64,000 bases of DNA from Candidatus Parcubacteria bacterium (GCA_963718875.1 OY970378.1:1011691-1075690); one strand, 5' to 3'; positions 1-9,326 are shown, counted from the stretch's first letter. Translations and numbers: made by a program. Notes: generated by a model not told the origin, from the letters alone.

Positions 1-159
1 AAGCTCCTTGGCGGTTTGGGCGGAGCGATGCCTGTCGATCAAGGCCTGGATCTGATGGAGTCTTGCACCCTGGGGGACTTCAATTTCCAGCTCTGCAGCT
101 TGCGCTACAAGCCGAGCAAGGTTGGCACCATAAGAGCCGCTTGAACCATGAAAACCCAT
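1..159 (-). CDS. N-terminal part of a hypothetical protein (runs off window start)
   Basis: AAGGAG SD before ATG at 159; open frame MGFHGSSGSYGANLARLVAQAAELEIEVPQG... to position 1. Confidence 0.5.
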   Translation of the reverse strand, partial: MGFHGSSGSYGANLARLVAQAAELEIEVPQGARLHQIQALIDRHRSAQTAKEL

Positions 160-285
160 GCTTACTCCTTTTGGTGGGGGCTGGATAGGCTGATACTAGT
201 CTTAACTGATTAAGGTTGGTTCAGTCAAGCATGAGAGCTTTTAGCTCTATCATTTTTGAGCTGGTAAAATACGCTCAAACTGATT

Positions 286-1956
286 ATGCTTAGTATGATG
301 AACTTAAAAGATGACATTACTGCTCTCATAAAAGGTGAGGTAGAGAGTAGTCCTGAGACCCTGGCGATCTACAGCCATGACGCGAGCTTGTTTGAAGTTG
401 TTCCAGAACTGGTTGTGTATCCTAAGGATGCTAGTGACGTGGCGGCTTTGGTCAAGTATGCATCCAATCACAAAAAAGGTCATCCTACCCTATCACTAAC
501 CGCCCGCAGTGCAGGTACCGATATGTCTGGGGGCGCCGTAAACGACAGTATTATTGTTGATTTTAATCGCTATTTCACATCAATCGAAAAAGTGACCGCT
601 AGCACTGCTAAGGCTCAGCCGGGGGTATTTTATCGTGATTTTGAAGCCGAGACTCTTAAACACCACTCCCTCATGCCCAGCTACCCCGCCTCCCGCCAGC
701 TCTGCACTATTGGGGGGATGGTCAATAATAATTCGGGTGGTGAAAAATCGTTAGAGTATGGTAAAACCGAAAATTTTGTAAAAGAGTTAAGTGTGATTTT
801 GGCTGACGGAAACGAGTACGTTATAAAACCCTTAAATCGCAAGGAGCTAGCGGCCAAGCTAAAGCAAAAAAACTATGAAGGGCGCATATACCAACAGATC
901 TATCACTTGGTAGACGATCACTACGACAAAATTAAAGCCGCCAAACCAAATGTCACAAAAAATTCTACTGGTTACAATCTTTGGAACGTGTGGGACCGAG
1001 ATACCGGTGTGTTTGATTTGACCCAACTGTTTGTAGGCGCACAAGGGACTTTAGGCTTTGTGACCGATATTAAATTCAAACTTGTGCCCGCCCGTAAACA
1101 TTCTGGCTTACTAGTAGCTTTCATGAAAGATATCAACAACCTGGGTGAAGTCATTAACGTAGTGCTGTCACATCATCCGGCTAGTTTTGAGTCGTTTGAT
1201 GATTACACCCTAAAGTTGTCTATAAAGTTTATGCCTTATTTTGTAAAAACTTTGGGTGTTTGGGGCGTTATTAAATTAATGATAAGTCTTATCCCCGACG
1301 CACTGGTACTGTTGCACGGTATACCTAAACTCATTATGTTAGTGGAGTTTAACGGTGAAACACCCGGGGAGGTAAAACAAAAAATTCAGGCATTACACAA
1401 ACAGCTTGACTTAAATCATTACCGCTACGAGATCCAGAGCCAAGAAGAGGATTTAACCGAAGAATCTAGCAAAAAGTTTTGGATTATGCGCCGCGAAAGC
1501 TTTAATTTATTACGCAAGAAAGTTAAGGACAAACACACGGCACCCTTTATTGATGATTTGGTTGTTCCCCCGCCATATTTAACCGAATTTTTGCCTAAAC
1601 TACGCAAAATTATTAAAAAGTATAAATTACTAGCAACAGTGGCTGGACACATGGGCGATGGAAACTTTCATATTATTCCGTTAATGAAATTGGAGGACAA
1701 GGACGAGCGAGCTAAATTGCGGCCGGCTATGAAAGAGGTTAATGAGTTGGTGCTGTCATATCATGGCGTGCTGTCGGGTGAGCATAACGATGGGATGATC
1801 CGCGGGCCGTGGCTTGAGCAAGCCTATGGGCGTGATATATATAGGTTGTTTAGGCAGACAAAAAATATTTTTGATCCGCAGGAGATTTTTAATCCGCATA
1901 AAAAAGCCAATGCTGATTGGAAATGGAGCATGAGCCACGTGCGGAAAAGTTTTTAA
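286..1956 (+). CDS. FAD-linked oxidase (GlcD/D-lactate dehydrogenase family)
   Basis: FAD_binding_4 motifs (ARSAGTDMSGG, TIGGMVNNNSGG, GAQGTLG), C-terminal GHMGDGNFH and SGEHNDG; likely start 295/298. Confidence 0.9.
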   Translation: MLSMMNLKDDITALIKGEVESSPETLAIYSHDASLFEVVPELVVYPKDASDVAALVKYASNHKKGHPTLSLTARSAGTDMSGGAVNDSIIVDFNRYFTSIEKVTASTAKAQPGVFYRDFEAETLKHHSLMPSYPASRQLCTIGGMVNNNSGGEKSLEYGKTENFVKELSVILADGNEYVIKPLNRKELAAKLKQKNYEGRIYQQIYHLVDDHYDKIKAAKPNVTKNSTGYNLWNVWDRDTGVFDLTQLFVGAQGTLGFVTDIKFKLVPARKHSGLLVAFMKDINNLGEVINVVLSHHPASFESFDDYTLKLSIKFMPYFVKTLGVWGVIKLMISLIPDALVLLHGIPKLIMLVEFNGETPGEVKQKIQALHKQLDLNHYRYEIQSQEEDLTEESSKKFWIMRRESFNLLRKKVKDKHTAPFIDDLVVPPPYLTEFLPKLRKIIKKYKLLATVAGHMGDGNFHIIPLMKLEDKDERAKLRPAMKEVNELVLSYHGVLSGEHNDGMIRGPWLEQAYGRDIYRLFRQTKNIFDPQEIFNPHKKANADWKWSMSHVRKSF

Positions 1957-2054
1957 GTTTTATTCGGATTCTTTTAGTCAATGACGGGTGCTTTTTCGAC
2001 AAATAAATCCATCTTTTATTACCCCGACAGAGGTGTAGATATCTTTTTTGTTTT

Positions 2055-2100
2055 TTATATCACCAAAAGTAATAATATATTAGTACTTTTGGTGATATAA
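2055..2100. repeat. near-perfect 46-bp AT-rich palindrome
   Basis: TTATATCACCAAAAGTA-A-TAATATATTA-G-TACTTTTGGTGATATAA. Confidence 0.8.
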
Positions 2101-2288
2101 TCTTGGGAATGTATTAGACCCCTCCTTGGATATGAGGACGTAAACACCACGGCGTTACCGATAAAGCAATGGACATAAATTCATTATTAAAAGAAATCTT
2201 TGTTTTAGTTGGTGGATCACCGGATCTTGGTCCGGGGAAACTAGTTCAGGATAGCCTAAGGGGTGCGACGGGTTCTATAATGATTAAC

Positions 2289-3011
2289 TTAGCGGTACTC
2301 GGGGTTTTCAAAATCAAACCTGGCGCCGTCATCCCAACCTTTGCGCTGATTTCCGTAGGCCGGAATGCCGCCCGCCCGCTTGATCATATCGGCCAAGTGC
2401 ATCAGGTTCCATGTCATGAAAGTAGTGTTGCGGTTGGTGAAATCGTTTTCTGGCCCGCCTGATCCAGAGTCAAGGTATGAAGGTCCTGGACCAGCCTCCC
2501 CTACCCAGCCTGCGTCAGCTTGAGGAGGGATGGTATAGCCGAGGTGTTGTAAGCTGTACAGGGTATTCATGGTACAGTGCTTTATGCCGTCCTCGTTTCC
2601 TGTAATGAGGCTTCCTCCGACTTTACCATAAAAGGCGTATTGGCCGGCTTCATTTAAAATGCTACTGCAGGCATAAAGGCGTTCGATGACGCGCTTCATT
2701 ACCGAGCTGTTATCGCCCAACCAAATCGGCCCGCATAACACTAGTATATCGGCAGTCATAACTTTTTTATAAATATGCGGCCATTCATCTGTATCCCAGC
2801 CGTGCTCGCGCATATCAGGCCACACACCCGTGGCTATATCGTGGTCAATCGCGCGAATCAACTCTGTCTGTACACCGTGTTTATCCATAATGTCACGGCT
2901 GATCTTGATTAACCCTTCGGTATTACTGGCTTCGGGTGATTTTTTTAGGGTGGCATTTATGTATAAGGCTTTTAGATTAGAAAAGTCCCATTTATTTATT
3001 TGCTCAGCCAT
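2289..3011 (-). CDS. flavodoxin-like / NADPH-dependent FMN reductase family protein
   Basis: INATLKKSPEASNTEG, ADILVLCGPIWLG, GKVGGSLITGNEDG. Confidence 0.85.
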   Translation of the reverse strand: MAEQINKWDFSNLKALYINATLKKSPEASNTEGLIKISRDIMDKHGVQTELIRAIDHDIATGVWPDMREHGWDTDEWPHIYKKVMTADILVLCGPIWLGDNSSVMKRVIERLYACSSILNEAGQYAFYGKVGGSLITGNEDGIKHCTMNTLYSLQHLGYTIPPQADAGWVGEAGPGPSYLDSGSGGPENDFTNRNTTFMTWNLMHLADMIKRAGGIPAYGNQRKGWDDGARFDFENPEYR

Positions 3012-3047
3012 ATCCAGCTCCTTTTACTTATCTTATTATACGCCAGC

Positions 3048-3103
3048 AAAAAGAAAAGCCGCCGTCCGCTCTCGACCTTGCGGGTCGGGTGCGAACGGCG
3101 GCG
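3048..3103 (-). terminator. intrinsic terminator of 3113..3622
   Basis: GCCGCCGTCCGC...GCGAACGGCGGC stem with A-tract on + (U-tract on -). Confidence 0.6.
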
Positions 3104-3112
3104 GGTACGCGA

Positions 3113-3622
3113 CTAGCGGTTCCGGTTTGCCGCGTGAACGATCTGAGCGGCGATGCCCACCCAGACCAAGACGACCAACACGGTGGCGAGCATGGCTGTT
3201 CCTCGCCTCACAGTGCCTCCGTCATAGAAGGGGGTCTCCTGGAAGCCGACGCCGTAGTTGGAAGCGTTGGCTACTGCCGTTCTTCCGGTGCTGGCCTGTT
3301 CCCAGACGGTGACGACCGGACGCTCCCCCGAGGGGATGTCCTTGATCAACATGTTGACGGTCAAGGCTTGCGGCTTGGTCGAGAGCCTTCCGACGTAGGA
3401 AACGGCGACCTTCTGGTAAGGCCCGTAGTAGCTGGAGTGCACCTGGTCGTCGACGCCTGCGACAGATCCCTGGATCGGGTCACCCCACAGACTGATCGAG
3501 TGGTCGCGTCCGTGCTCGCCGGCGATGTTGCCGATGGTGACGAGCGTGGTGATGATCAGAACGGTTGAGACGATTCCGGCCACAACCCACCCTATGATCC
3601 TCAATCCGTTATTGGTACGCAC
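3113..3622 (-). CDS. GC-rich hypothetical membrane protein (2 TM)
   Basis: GGAGG SD, N- and C-terminal hydrophobic helices, own terminator. Confidence 0.65.
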   Translation of the reverse strand: MRTNNGLRIIGWVVAGIVSTVLIITTLVTIGNIAGEHGRDHSISLWGDPIQGSVAGVDDQVHSSYYGPYQKVAVSYVGRLSTKPQALTVNMLIKDIPSGERPVVTVWEQASTGRTAVANASNYGVGFQETPFYDGGTVRRGTAMLATVLVVLVWVGIAAQIVHAANRNR

Positions 3623-3773
3623 GTAAAGACCTCCGGTTCGGGGCGGGACGATCCCGCATCTGAACGTAGCCGGTGTATTATAGCAAAAAAGGTTATGTTT
3701 GTCAAGTCGCTCATTTTCTTAAGGTTATTGAGTCGGAGTGACATATAGGTGATGTGCGCGTACAATTTTGGTT

Positions 3774-4736
3774 ATGGAACCGGTTTTACCTTCTATTAAG
3801 CCTGTAATTAAAAGTTCTCAACACGTGTTTCTTAATGAGGCTATGCTAATGGAGTTTTGTAAAACAGTGACGCCAGCCGAGCTTGAGGGAACAGAGTTTG
3901 AAGATAGCACTATCATTAAGGGGTTAACTGAAGAAGAATATATAGCCCTTTGTTTTGTTGATAGCTCGCTAAATTTTTGCTACTGGGGAGAGCCCAAGTG
4001 GACAATCCAGGTCGACGGCGCGGATTGGGACGGCAGTGCTGCCATGATTAGGGCTATTAAGCAGGCCGTGGAAAATGATTATCCCCTGCTTAGCGCCGAT
4101 TATTTAGCTACTATACCGCTAGCCGACCTCGGAACTATCTTCAAAGGCAATGTCACGATTCCGCTGTTTAACGAACGTCTGGAAATTTTACGGGCATTGG
4201 GGCGAATTACCAAAGAAAAGTTTGGAGGTCAGTTTAGTAATATTGTGCAAGCTGCCAACTGGGATTCACTGGCTTTAATTGATTTGATTGTACGCGATTT
4301 TCCGACAGTGTTTGACGATGCAGTCAACTACCATGGGCACAAGGTTGGTTTATATAAGCGCGCTCAACTGCTCCCGGTTCAGCTTCACGACCTGCATGGA
4401 TTGGGGTTGGTAGGAAGACAGATTAACGGTTTTGCCAGCGTTACAGCCATGGCCGATTATAAAATTCCGCAAGCGTTGCGCAAGTTTGGCATATTAGAAT
4501 ATACGACTGAACTGGCAGGCAAAGTTGATAATTTAGTCGAGCTACCGGAAGGCAGCGAGGAAGAGGTGGAGATCCGGGCAATGACAATTTGGGCTTGCGA
4601 GCTGATTGCGGGGGAACTAAACAAGCGTATGCCGGATGTTTATGCTGCTCGCGTAGGCGTTTTGTTTTGGTGGAAGGGCCAGGTTAAGTCGCCCGATGAT
4701 AAGCCTTATCACCGCACCCGGACTGTTTGGTATTGA
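3774..4736 (+). CDS. queuosine salvage family protein (DUF2419 / Qng1-like queuosine-nucleotide N-glycosylase)
   Basis: LNFCYW, YKRAQL, ADYKIPQALR, EEVEIRA, PYHRTRTVWY motifs. Confidence 0.85.
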   Translation: MEPVLPSIKPVIKSSQHVFLNEAMLMEFCKTVTPAELEGTEFEDSTIIKGLTEEEYIALCFVDSSLNFCYWGEPKWTIQVDGADWDGSAAMIRAIKQAVENDYPLLSADYLATIPLADLGTIFKGNVTIPLFNERLEILRALGRITKEKFGGQFSNIVQAANWDSLALIDLIVRDFPTVFDDAVNYHGHKVGLYKRAQLLPVQLHDLHGLGLVGRQINGFASVTAMADYKIPQALRKFGILEYTTELAGKVDNLVELPEGSEEEVEIRAMTIWACELIAGELNKRMPDVYAARVGVLFWWKGQVKSPDDKPYHRTRTVWY

Positions 4737-4745
4737 ATCTTATCT

Positions 4746-4815
4746 TGTCATTCCCTATCGGAAGCCAGCAAAATGATTTGTTTTATACAATCCGCGCTCC
4801 GGATAGGGAATCCAG
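4746..4815 (+). repeat. REP-like element, expanded CCCTATCGGA/TCCGGATAGGG family (copy A)
   Basis: TGTCATTCCCTATCGGAAGCCAG-21nt-ATCCGCGCTCCGGATAGGGAATCCAG; related copies at 32750, 45167, 45266. Confidence 0.8.
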
Positions 4816-4829
4816 GGCTTTATCTATTT

Positions 4830-5102
4830 TTATTTCTGGGTCCCTCTTCGAGTAAACCGTGCCACTCGCTTACCCTCCCACTCAACTTCTTCTATCCACT
4901 CGTCTACTGGACGGATAAACAACAACTTGTCGCCGTACTCAGCTCTATAAATAACGCAAACTGCATCAGTGCTTTCTTGAATGGCCAAGTTTAAGACGGT
5001 ATAAATCTGATTTTTATAATGATTATACTGTGCACCAACCTCGACTTGGTCGGCGGCTTGGGTGAGCATTTGTGATAATTCGATTTGCGATTTATGAGAC
5101 AT
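4830..5102 (-). CDS. DUF1653 domain protein
   Basis: YNHYKNQIYTV...VIYRAEYGDKLLFIRPVDEW...VARF. Confidence 0.85.
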   Translation of the reverse strand: MSHKSQIELSQMLTQAADQVEVGAQYNHYKNQIYTVLNLAIQESTDAVCVIYRAEYGDKLLFIRPVDEWIEEVEWEGKRVARFTRRGTQK

Positions 5103-5204
5103 GAACGAGTTCCTTGTAATCAACAAATGACAAGTAACAATTTACAAACAATTTCAAAAAGTTAAGTTTAAAATTCCAAATCACTACCCCACACATAGAA
5201 CTAC

Positions 5205-5238
5205 CGGTGACAGACTCTCCAATGAGAGTCTGTCACCG
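5205..5238 (-). terminator. hairpin terminator
   Basis: CGGTGACAGACTCTC-CAAT-GAGAGTCTGTCACCG. Confidence 0.65.
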
Positions 5239-5254
5239 CCGTGCAAGGGGTCAA

Positions 5255-5557
5255 CTAGTCGGCCGATCCGTCGTAGTTACCGGTCGATTCATCTTCTTCC
5301 TCTGTAACAGTGCGTCCGAGACGCCGCGCCAAGTCAGGCGAAATGGCGGTGCGTTGAACTTCACGGGCGCGGTTATCCCCACAGAACAACATACGCCCGA
5401 AGCTGGAGTAGAACAGCCCGCACAGTACGTGACCGGTAGCGTGGTCCAACCGGTCGGAGAGTTCGCTTACCCAGATTGCCCAGTCTGGCACTTCGGACTC
5501 TACAAGCCAGTGGGTATCTGACGAGTGATGGTATTCGACGCGATACTGAGTTGCCAT
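5255..5557 (-). CDS. GC-rich hypothetical protein
   Basis: GAGAGG SD, downstream hairpin. Confidence 0.55.
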   Translation of the reverse strand: MATQYRVEYHHSSDTHWLVESEVPDWAIWVSELSDRLDHATGHVLCGLFYSSFGRMLFCGDNRAREVQRTAISPDLARRLGRTVTEEEDESTGNYDGSAD

Positions 5558-5590
5558 GATTGCCTCTCTAACGCGCCCTCACAGTGAGGG

Positions 5591-5611
5591 CTAGCGTATG
5601 ACGGTCATCAT
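5591..5611 (-). promoter_or_regulatory. putative upstream mini-ORF MMTVIR with strong SD
   Basis: AGGAGGCAACC-ATGATGACCGTCATACGCTAG, followed by GCCCTCAC-T-GTGAGGGC palindrome. Confidence 0.35.
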
Positions 5612-5830
5612 GGTTGCCTCCTTTGCAAGTTGTAGGGTACAGCTGACGGCCTAAGCGTAACAAGGACTACCGATTAACGCAAACTTTTCAGCGCGCATTC
5701 TTGATCAGGTGTAATCGCCACCAACAGGTGCACTTCTTGCTAGACTTGAGCTAATTTAGCATAAATGTTACGATGGGTCGGTTCTTTAGTATGAAACAGT
5801 AGTCACTAAATCCGCAAACGTCCCGTTTGC

Positions 5831-5888
5831 GACCCCATCGTCTAGCGGTTAGGACATCCCGGCATTAGCCGGGACAACCGGGGTTCGA
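5831..5888 (+). pseudogene. 5' part of a tRNA-Glu copy; anticodon arm replaced by a hairpin, truncated at the T-loop
   Basis: identical to the tRNA at 6149 over GACCCCATCGTCTAGCGGTTAGGACA and CAACCGGGGTTCGA; middle is TCCCGGCATTAGCCGGGA. Confidence 0.85.
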
Positions 5889-5901
5889 GGTTACGAAGTC
5901 T

Positions 5902-6141
5902 ATGATCTATACAGCATATATTCTTTTGACAAGCACGGGGAGCTTTTATATCGGTCAGACCAATGATATGACCGATCGCTTAGTGAGGCACGCTCGAGGG
6001 GAATGCAGTTTCACAAAATCTAGGCTGCCTGTTACTCTTGTGTATAAGGAAGAATTTACTTCTAGATCTCAGGCTGTAACGCGAGAAAGACAACTCAAAT
6101 CTTGGAAAAGCACGCAAAGGCTTAAGGCTCTTATAAATTAG
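5902..6141 (+). CDS. small GIY-YIG nuclease family protein
   Basis: YTAYIL...FYIGQTNDMTDRLVRH...FTKSRLP...EEFTSRSQAVTRERQLKSWKS. Confidence 0.9.
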   Translation: MIYTAYILLTSTGSFYIGQTNDMTDRLVRHARGECSFTKSRLPVTLVYKEEFTSRSQAVTRERQLKSWKSTQRLKALIN

Positions 6142-6148
6142 ATGGCAT

Positions 6149-6223
6149 GACCCCATCGTCTAGCGGTTAGGACACCAGGTTTTCATCCTGGCAACCGGGG
6201 TTCGATTCCCCGTGGGGTCACCA
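6149..6223 (+). tRNA. tRNA-Glu(TTC)
   Basis: cloverleaf; anticodon arm CCAGG-TT-TTC-AT-CCTGG; GGTTCGATTCC; 3' CCA. Confidence 0.97.
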
Positions 6224-6264
6224 ATAAAAATACCCGAGCTTGTCTCGGGTATTTTTATTGGTGA
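6218..6264 (+). terminator. long hairpin overlapping the tRNA-Glu 3' end
   Basis: TCACCAATAAAAATACCCGAG-CTTGT-CTCGGGTATTTTTATTGGTGA. Confidence 0.7.
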
Positions 6265-6377
6265 GTGCCGCAGGCACAGCGGACCTCGGTTGAGAGTGAG
6301 CGAAAGCTAACGAGGGGTTTGATAACGAGGAAAGCGCACACAAGTTTACTTGGGGCACATGCCAATGTTATACAAAA

Positions 6378-6394
6378 ATTCCCCGTCGGGTCAC
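6378..6394 (+). repeat. duplicated tRNA-Glu 3' end (att-like)
   Basis: ATTCCCCGTCGGGTCAC vs ATTCCCCGTGGGGTCAC (6205..6221), 1 mismatch. Confidence 0.75.
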
Positions 6395-6422
6395 TATTCG
6401 TTATCCCTTTTCTAAGCCATGC

Positions 6423-7367
6423 TTAAAGTAGTGGTGCGAGTTCCTGATTGCGCCTAAATAGCTCCTGCAAGTCGCCTAATCGTTCGTCAGGGTTAGTACA
6501 TAGCTCAGCTAAGGTATCTAGTAGCTCCCAATCCTTTTCACTCAACTCATCGTCCCTTGCCGACACAAGTCTCCAAGCGTCCCATTTTTCTCCGAACTCA
6601 AGTCGCACAAGATATGGTACAGCCTCAACTTTGTTCAATGACGCAAAGTCTCTCAGCAACTGACCTCGCACGAACCAAGCACCATACAGTGATTTCAAAC
6701 CGAACTCTTTTGGGTCTGCGCCAATACCGAACCTACTAGAACTTACCTCATCGTCACGCATCATATTCCAGGCAATACCAGCGTTTATAAAATGCTTATT
6801 ACTTACATTCAACGGGTCAAGCGATAGGAGCATTTGCTTGTACTCTGGCTCAATATCTGTCTCAGTATTAGCGTAGTTTTGGAGAACACTTTGCTGGAAC
6901 GGGTCAATCTGAGGGTCAATAGCTATCCAGGTATTACCATTCCAATACTCACAGACCCAATGGTCTTCATATAAGCCTGGTTTTGCAAGATACGTAGCAA
7001 ATCCGCACCTCGCTCGTGCTGGTATGCCTTTTGCCCTAAATAATGCCGTAGCCAGCACCGTAAACTCTCTGCAACAGGCAACCACTCGCTCTTCAGGGCT
7101 GCGTGGTAAAGCTAGCGATATACTGACTTCCCGCAGTTTTGCGGCTTGAGTAATAATTTCACTAGCACTAGGAGTACACTTAGTTCTTTTATGCTCTGGT
7201 TTCAAATGTATGCCGTAGCGCTCAATCCACATATCGTGCACTATTAAGCCTTGAGCAACTTGGAATATGACACGAGGGTCTGCAGAAAGCCAAGTAGTAA
7301 AATCCTTGAAATCGGACAGGTCAGTTAGGCTATCAGGCAGGGCATAATATTCTTGTGATAATTGCAT
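6423..7367 (-). CDS. transglutaminase-like domain protein
   Basis: CCREFT...GIPARARCGFA...DHWVCEYW...IDPQ (Cys-His-Asp triad). Confidence 0.85.
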   Translation of the reverse strand: MQLSQEYYALPDSLTDLSDFKDFTTWLSADPRVIFQVAQGLIVHDMWIERYGIHLKPEHKRTKCTPSASEIITQAAKLREVSISLALPRSPEERVVACCREFTVLATALFRAKGIPARARCGFATYLAKPGLYEDHWVCEYWNGNTWIAIDPQIDPFQQSVLQNYANTETDIEPEYKQMLLSLDPLNVSNKHFINAGIAWNMMRDDEVSSSRFGIGADPKEFGLKSLYGAWFVRGQLLRDFASLNKVEAVPYLVRLEFGEKWDAWRLVSARDDELSEKDWELLDTLAELCTNPDERLGDLQELFRRNQELAPLL

Positions 7368-7528
7368 AGCTCCAGTTTACCACCAGCAATTGCCTGTTAG
7401 AACCACTGAATACTAGACTGCATAGGCAGAGGTGAATAACAGGGTTCTCGCCTGGCAAATACTATTGATTTTTTAGTAACTTTATACTATTATGCACACA
7501 CTCAATCCCCAGACACCAGGAGAGCACC

Positions 7529-8122
7529 ATGCACAGCTTCATCGACTTGCATTGCGGATCTCGGCTATTCGTCGAGGTGGAACTTGACGAATCCATCCGA
7601 ACGGCCCAGGCTCGTGAACGCATCGAGATCATCTTGCTCGATCGGCAAATCGGCCGTCTTTTCCCTACCCTGAAGGGGTTCATGTACTACCCGCCCGACG
7701 AGCGGTGGAATGTGACCAGAATCGTGGAGCGCCTGCACAACCTCCTGAAGGAGCTGTTCGGGGACGACTACACGGTTTCCTACTGCAAGGACCGCGAGAG
7801 CGACGACATCATCATGCGCGAAGCTGATGGGTCCGAGCACGTCGTTGAGCCCAGCCGGCCACTAGGTCGCTTCGGCGCGACCAGGAGGCTTGTTATGCCG
7901 GCTAGTATCGAAGAGTACTTGGACCGTATTGCCAGAGAAGCAGCCGATTACTTCGACCGAGGTGATAGAGGAGCGGCTATCAGCTGCGTTCTGTCTCTGC
8001 TGCAAAGTCATCCCGACACTCAATCCATCGGGCGCACTTCTTCAACTTTGCCTCTCCTATTGGCGGGATGGGAAGGAGGTAGAGACAGGTTCATCGAAAC
8101 GATTACCGGGTTCCAGCCTTGA
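7529..8122 (+). CDS. GC-rich hypothetical protein
   Basis: AGGAG SD; hairpin plus U-tract at ~8145-8185. Confidence 0.6.
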   Translation: MHSFIDLHCGSRLFVEVELDESIRTAQARERIEIILLDRQIGRLFPTLKGFMYYPPDERWNVTRIVERLHNLLKELFGDDYTVSYCKDRESDDIIMREADGSEHVVEPSRPLGRFGATRRLVMPASIEEYLDRIAREAADYFDRGDRGAAISCVLSLLQSHPDTQSIGRTSSTLPLLLAGWEGGRDRFIETITGFQP

Positions 8123-8216
8123 CCGCGTTCATCGCGTTCCCCTGCTCCGATCGAAGCTTACGGCTTCGGCCGGAGCTTCTTTCGTTATGCCCCTCGTGGA
8201 ATTGGTTGTGTCGAAA

Positions 8217-8783
8217 TTACTCTATAATATCCGCAGAAATAGACAAGTAGAATAAATCAATCTTAAGATCATTGTTAAGCCTGTATGCAACAACCCAATT
8301 GTTAGCAGAGATGCCAATGTTACCCAGCCCCGCATAATTTGAGATAATCCTTGATTTGCTTATTTTATCTCTGGACTCGGTGTGCCCAGTAAAGTCCCAG
8401 GGTAAGTTTGCGCCTAGTGAAGCGCTGGATTTTGTCAGGTATGTAGAAATAGACTTTGCTGCATCGGCCTTAGACAAATCTCCGTTACCATCTGTGCTCT
8501 GACGAACAACCAATACTTTGTCTGTCATGTAGGTATCGAGTTTTGAATACTCACCCTTATTGATTAAGGCGTTAATTTCTGCCACGACCTGCGGGGTTTT
8601 ATCAACTGGTTTTTGGGATGTTGGTTTGCTTGGTGTCTGTGAGGTAGATTGAGTGTTGTTCGAGCTCTTATTCGCTTCATTTCGAGTTTTTATCACATAC
8701 CAACCAATGCCTACAATCATAGCAATTAGAACTATTGCAAACAGTACTTCAACTGCGCTAAAACCGTTTTCATTTTTTTTCAT
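8217..8783 (-). CDS. pilin-like N-terminal leader membrane protein
   Basis: NENG|FSAVEVLFAIVLIAMIVGIGWYV prepilin-like motif, Ser/Thr-rich linker. Confidence 0.75.
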   Translation of the reverse strand: MKKNENGFSAVEVLFAIVLIAMIVGIGWYVIKTRNEANKSSNNTQSTSQTPSKPTSQKPVDKTPQVVAEINALINKGEYSKLDTYMTDKVLVVRQSTDGNGDLSKADAAKSISTYLTKSSASLGANLPWDFTGHTESRDKISKSRIISNYAGLGNIGISANNWVVAYRLNNDLKIDLFYLSISADIIE

Positions 8784-9011
8784 TACGCTCTCCTTTCGTA
8801 GATACTATCAAATTGCTAAGGTAATTAATATAGCGTAGCAAAGGAAAAATCGCCTTTACGCTACACGAGCCAGGACTATACTGGTTCTATATCACGCCGG
8901 TAGTATTTGCGATCTCATTTCCGGAATGTAATCGTGTTTGCTTACTCTGGAAATTAAATTTCCGAAGCATCAATTCTGGTATGCACTCGTCGCACCAATG
9001 ACCTGTCCTTA

Positions 9012-9326
9012 TTATCTAGACTTAGACTGCTTGTCAATTAGGACTTTTTGCGCCCATGGGCTTACTGGCTTGTCGGTGCGATGAATACAACCAACCCAGC
9101 AACAAGGGCGGCGCTTCCCTTCTAGCAGCTCCTCTCGGGTTCGCTCTATGCGACGCTTTCTTGTCTCGATTTGCTTAGCGTTCTCTACCCAGCAAATAAA
9201 CTCATTCCGACCGAGCGGTGTGAGGCCTTGCCACCGTTCTAAGACAGCCTCGTCTGATAAAAGGACGTCCCGTAAATCAGTTGGCATTTTGTGTGCCACT
9301 CCATCTGCTATTTCAGTCTTAATCAT
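9012..9326 (-). CDS. YdeI/OmpD-associated family protein
   Basis: LTPLGRNEFICWVENAKQIETRKRRI...RRPCCWVGCIHR. Confidence 0.85.
   Translation of the reverse strand: MIKTEIADGVAHKMPTDLRDVLLSDEAVLERWQGLTPLGRNEFICWVENAKQIETRKRRIERTREELLEGKRRPCCWVGCIHRTDKPVSPWAQKVLIDKQSKSR

Noticed and set aside
5857-5874. Suppressor tRNA (TTA in the replaced loop)
   Set aside because: The hairpin has a 4-nt loop and the copy lacks a contiguous 3' T-stem and acceptor strand.
5831-6223. Group I intron with homing endonuclease inside tRNA-Glu
   Set aside because: Only ~13 and ~7 nt flank the ORF, leaving no room for a ribozyme core, and the downstream tRNA is complete.
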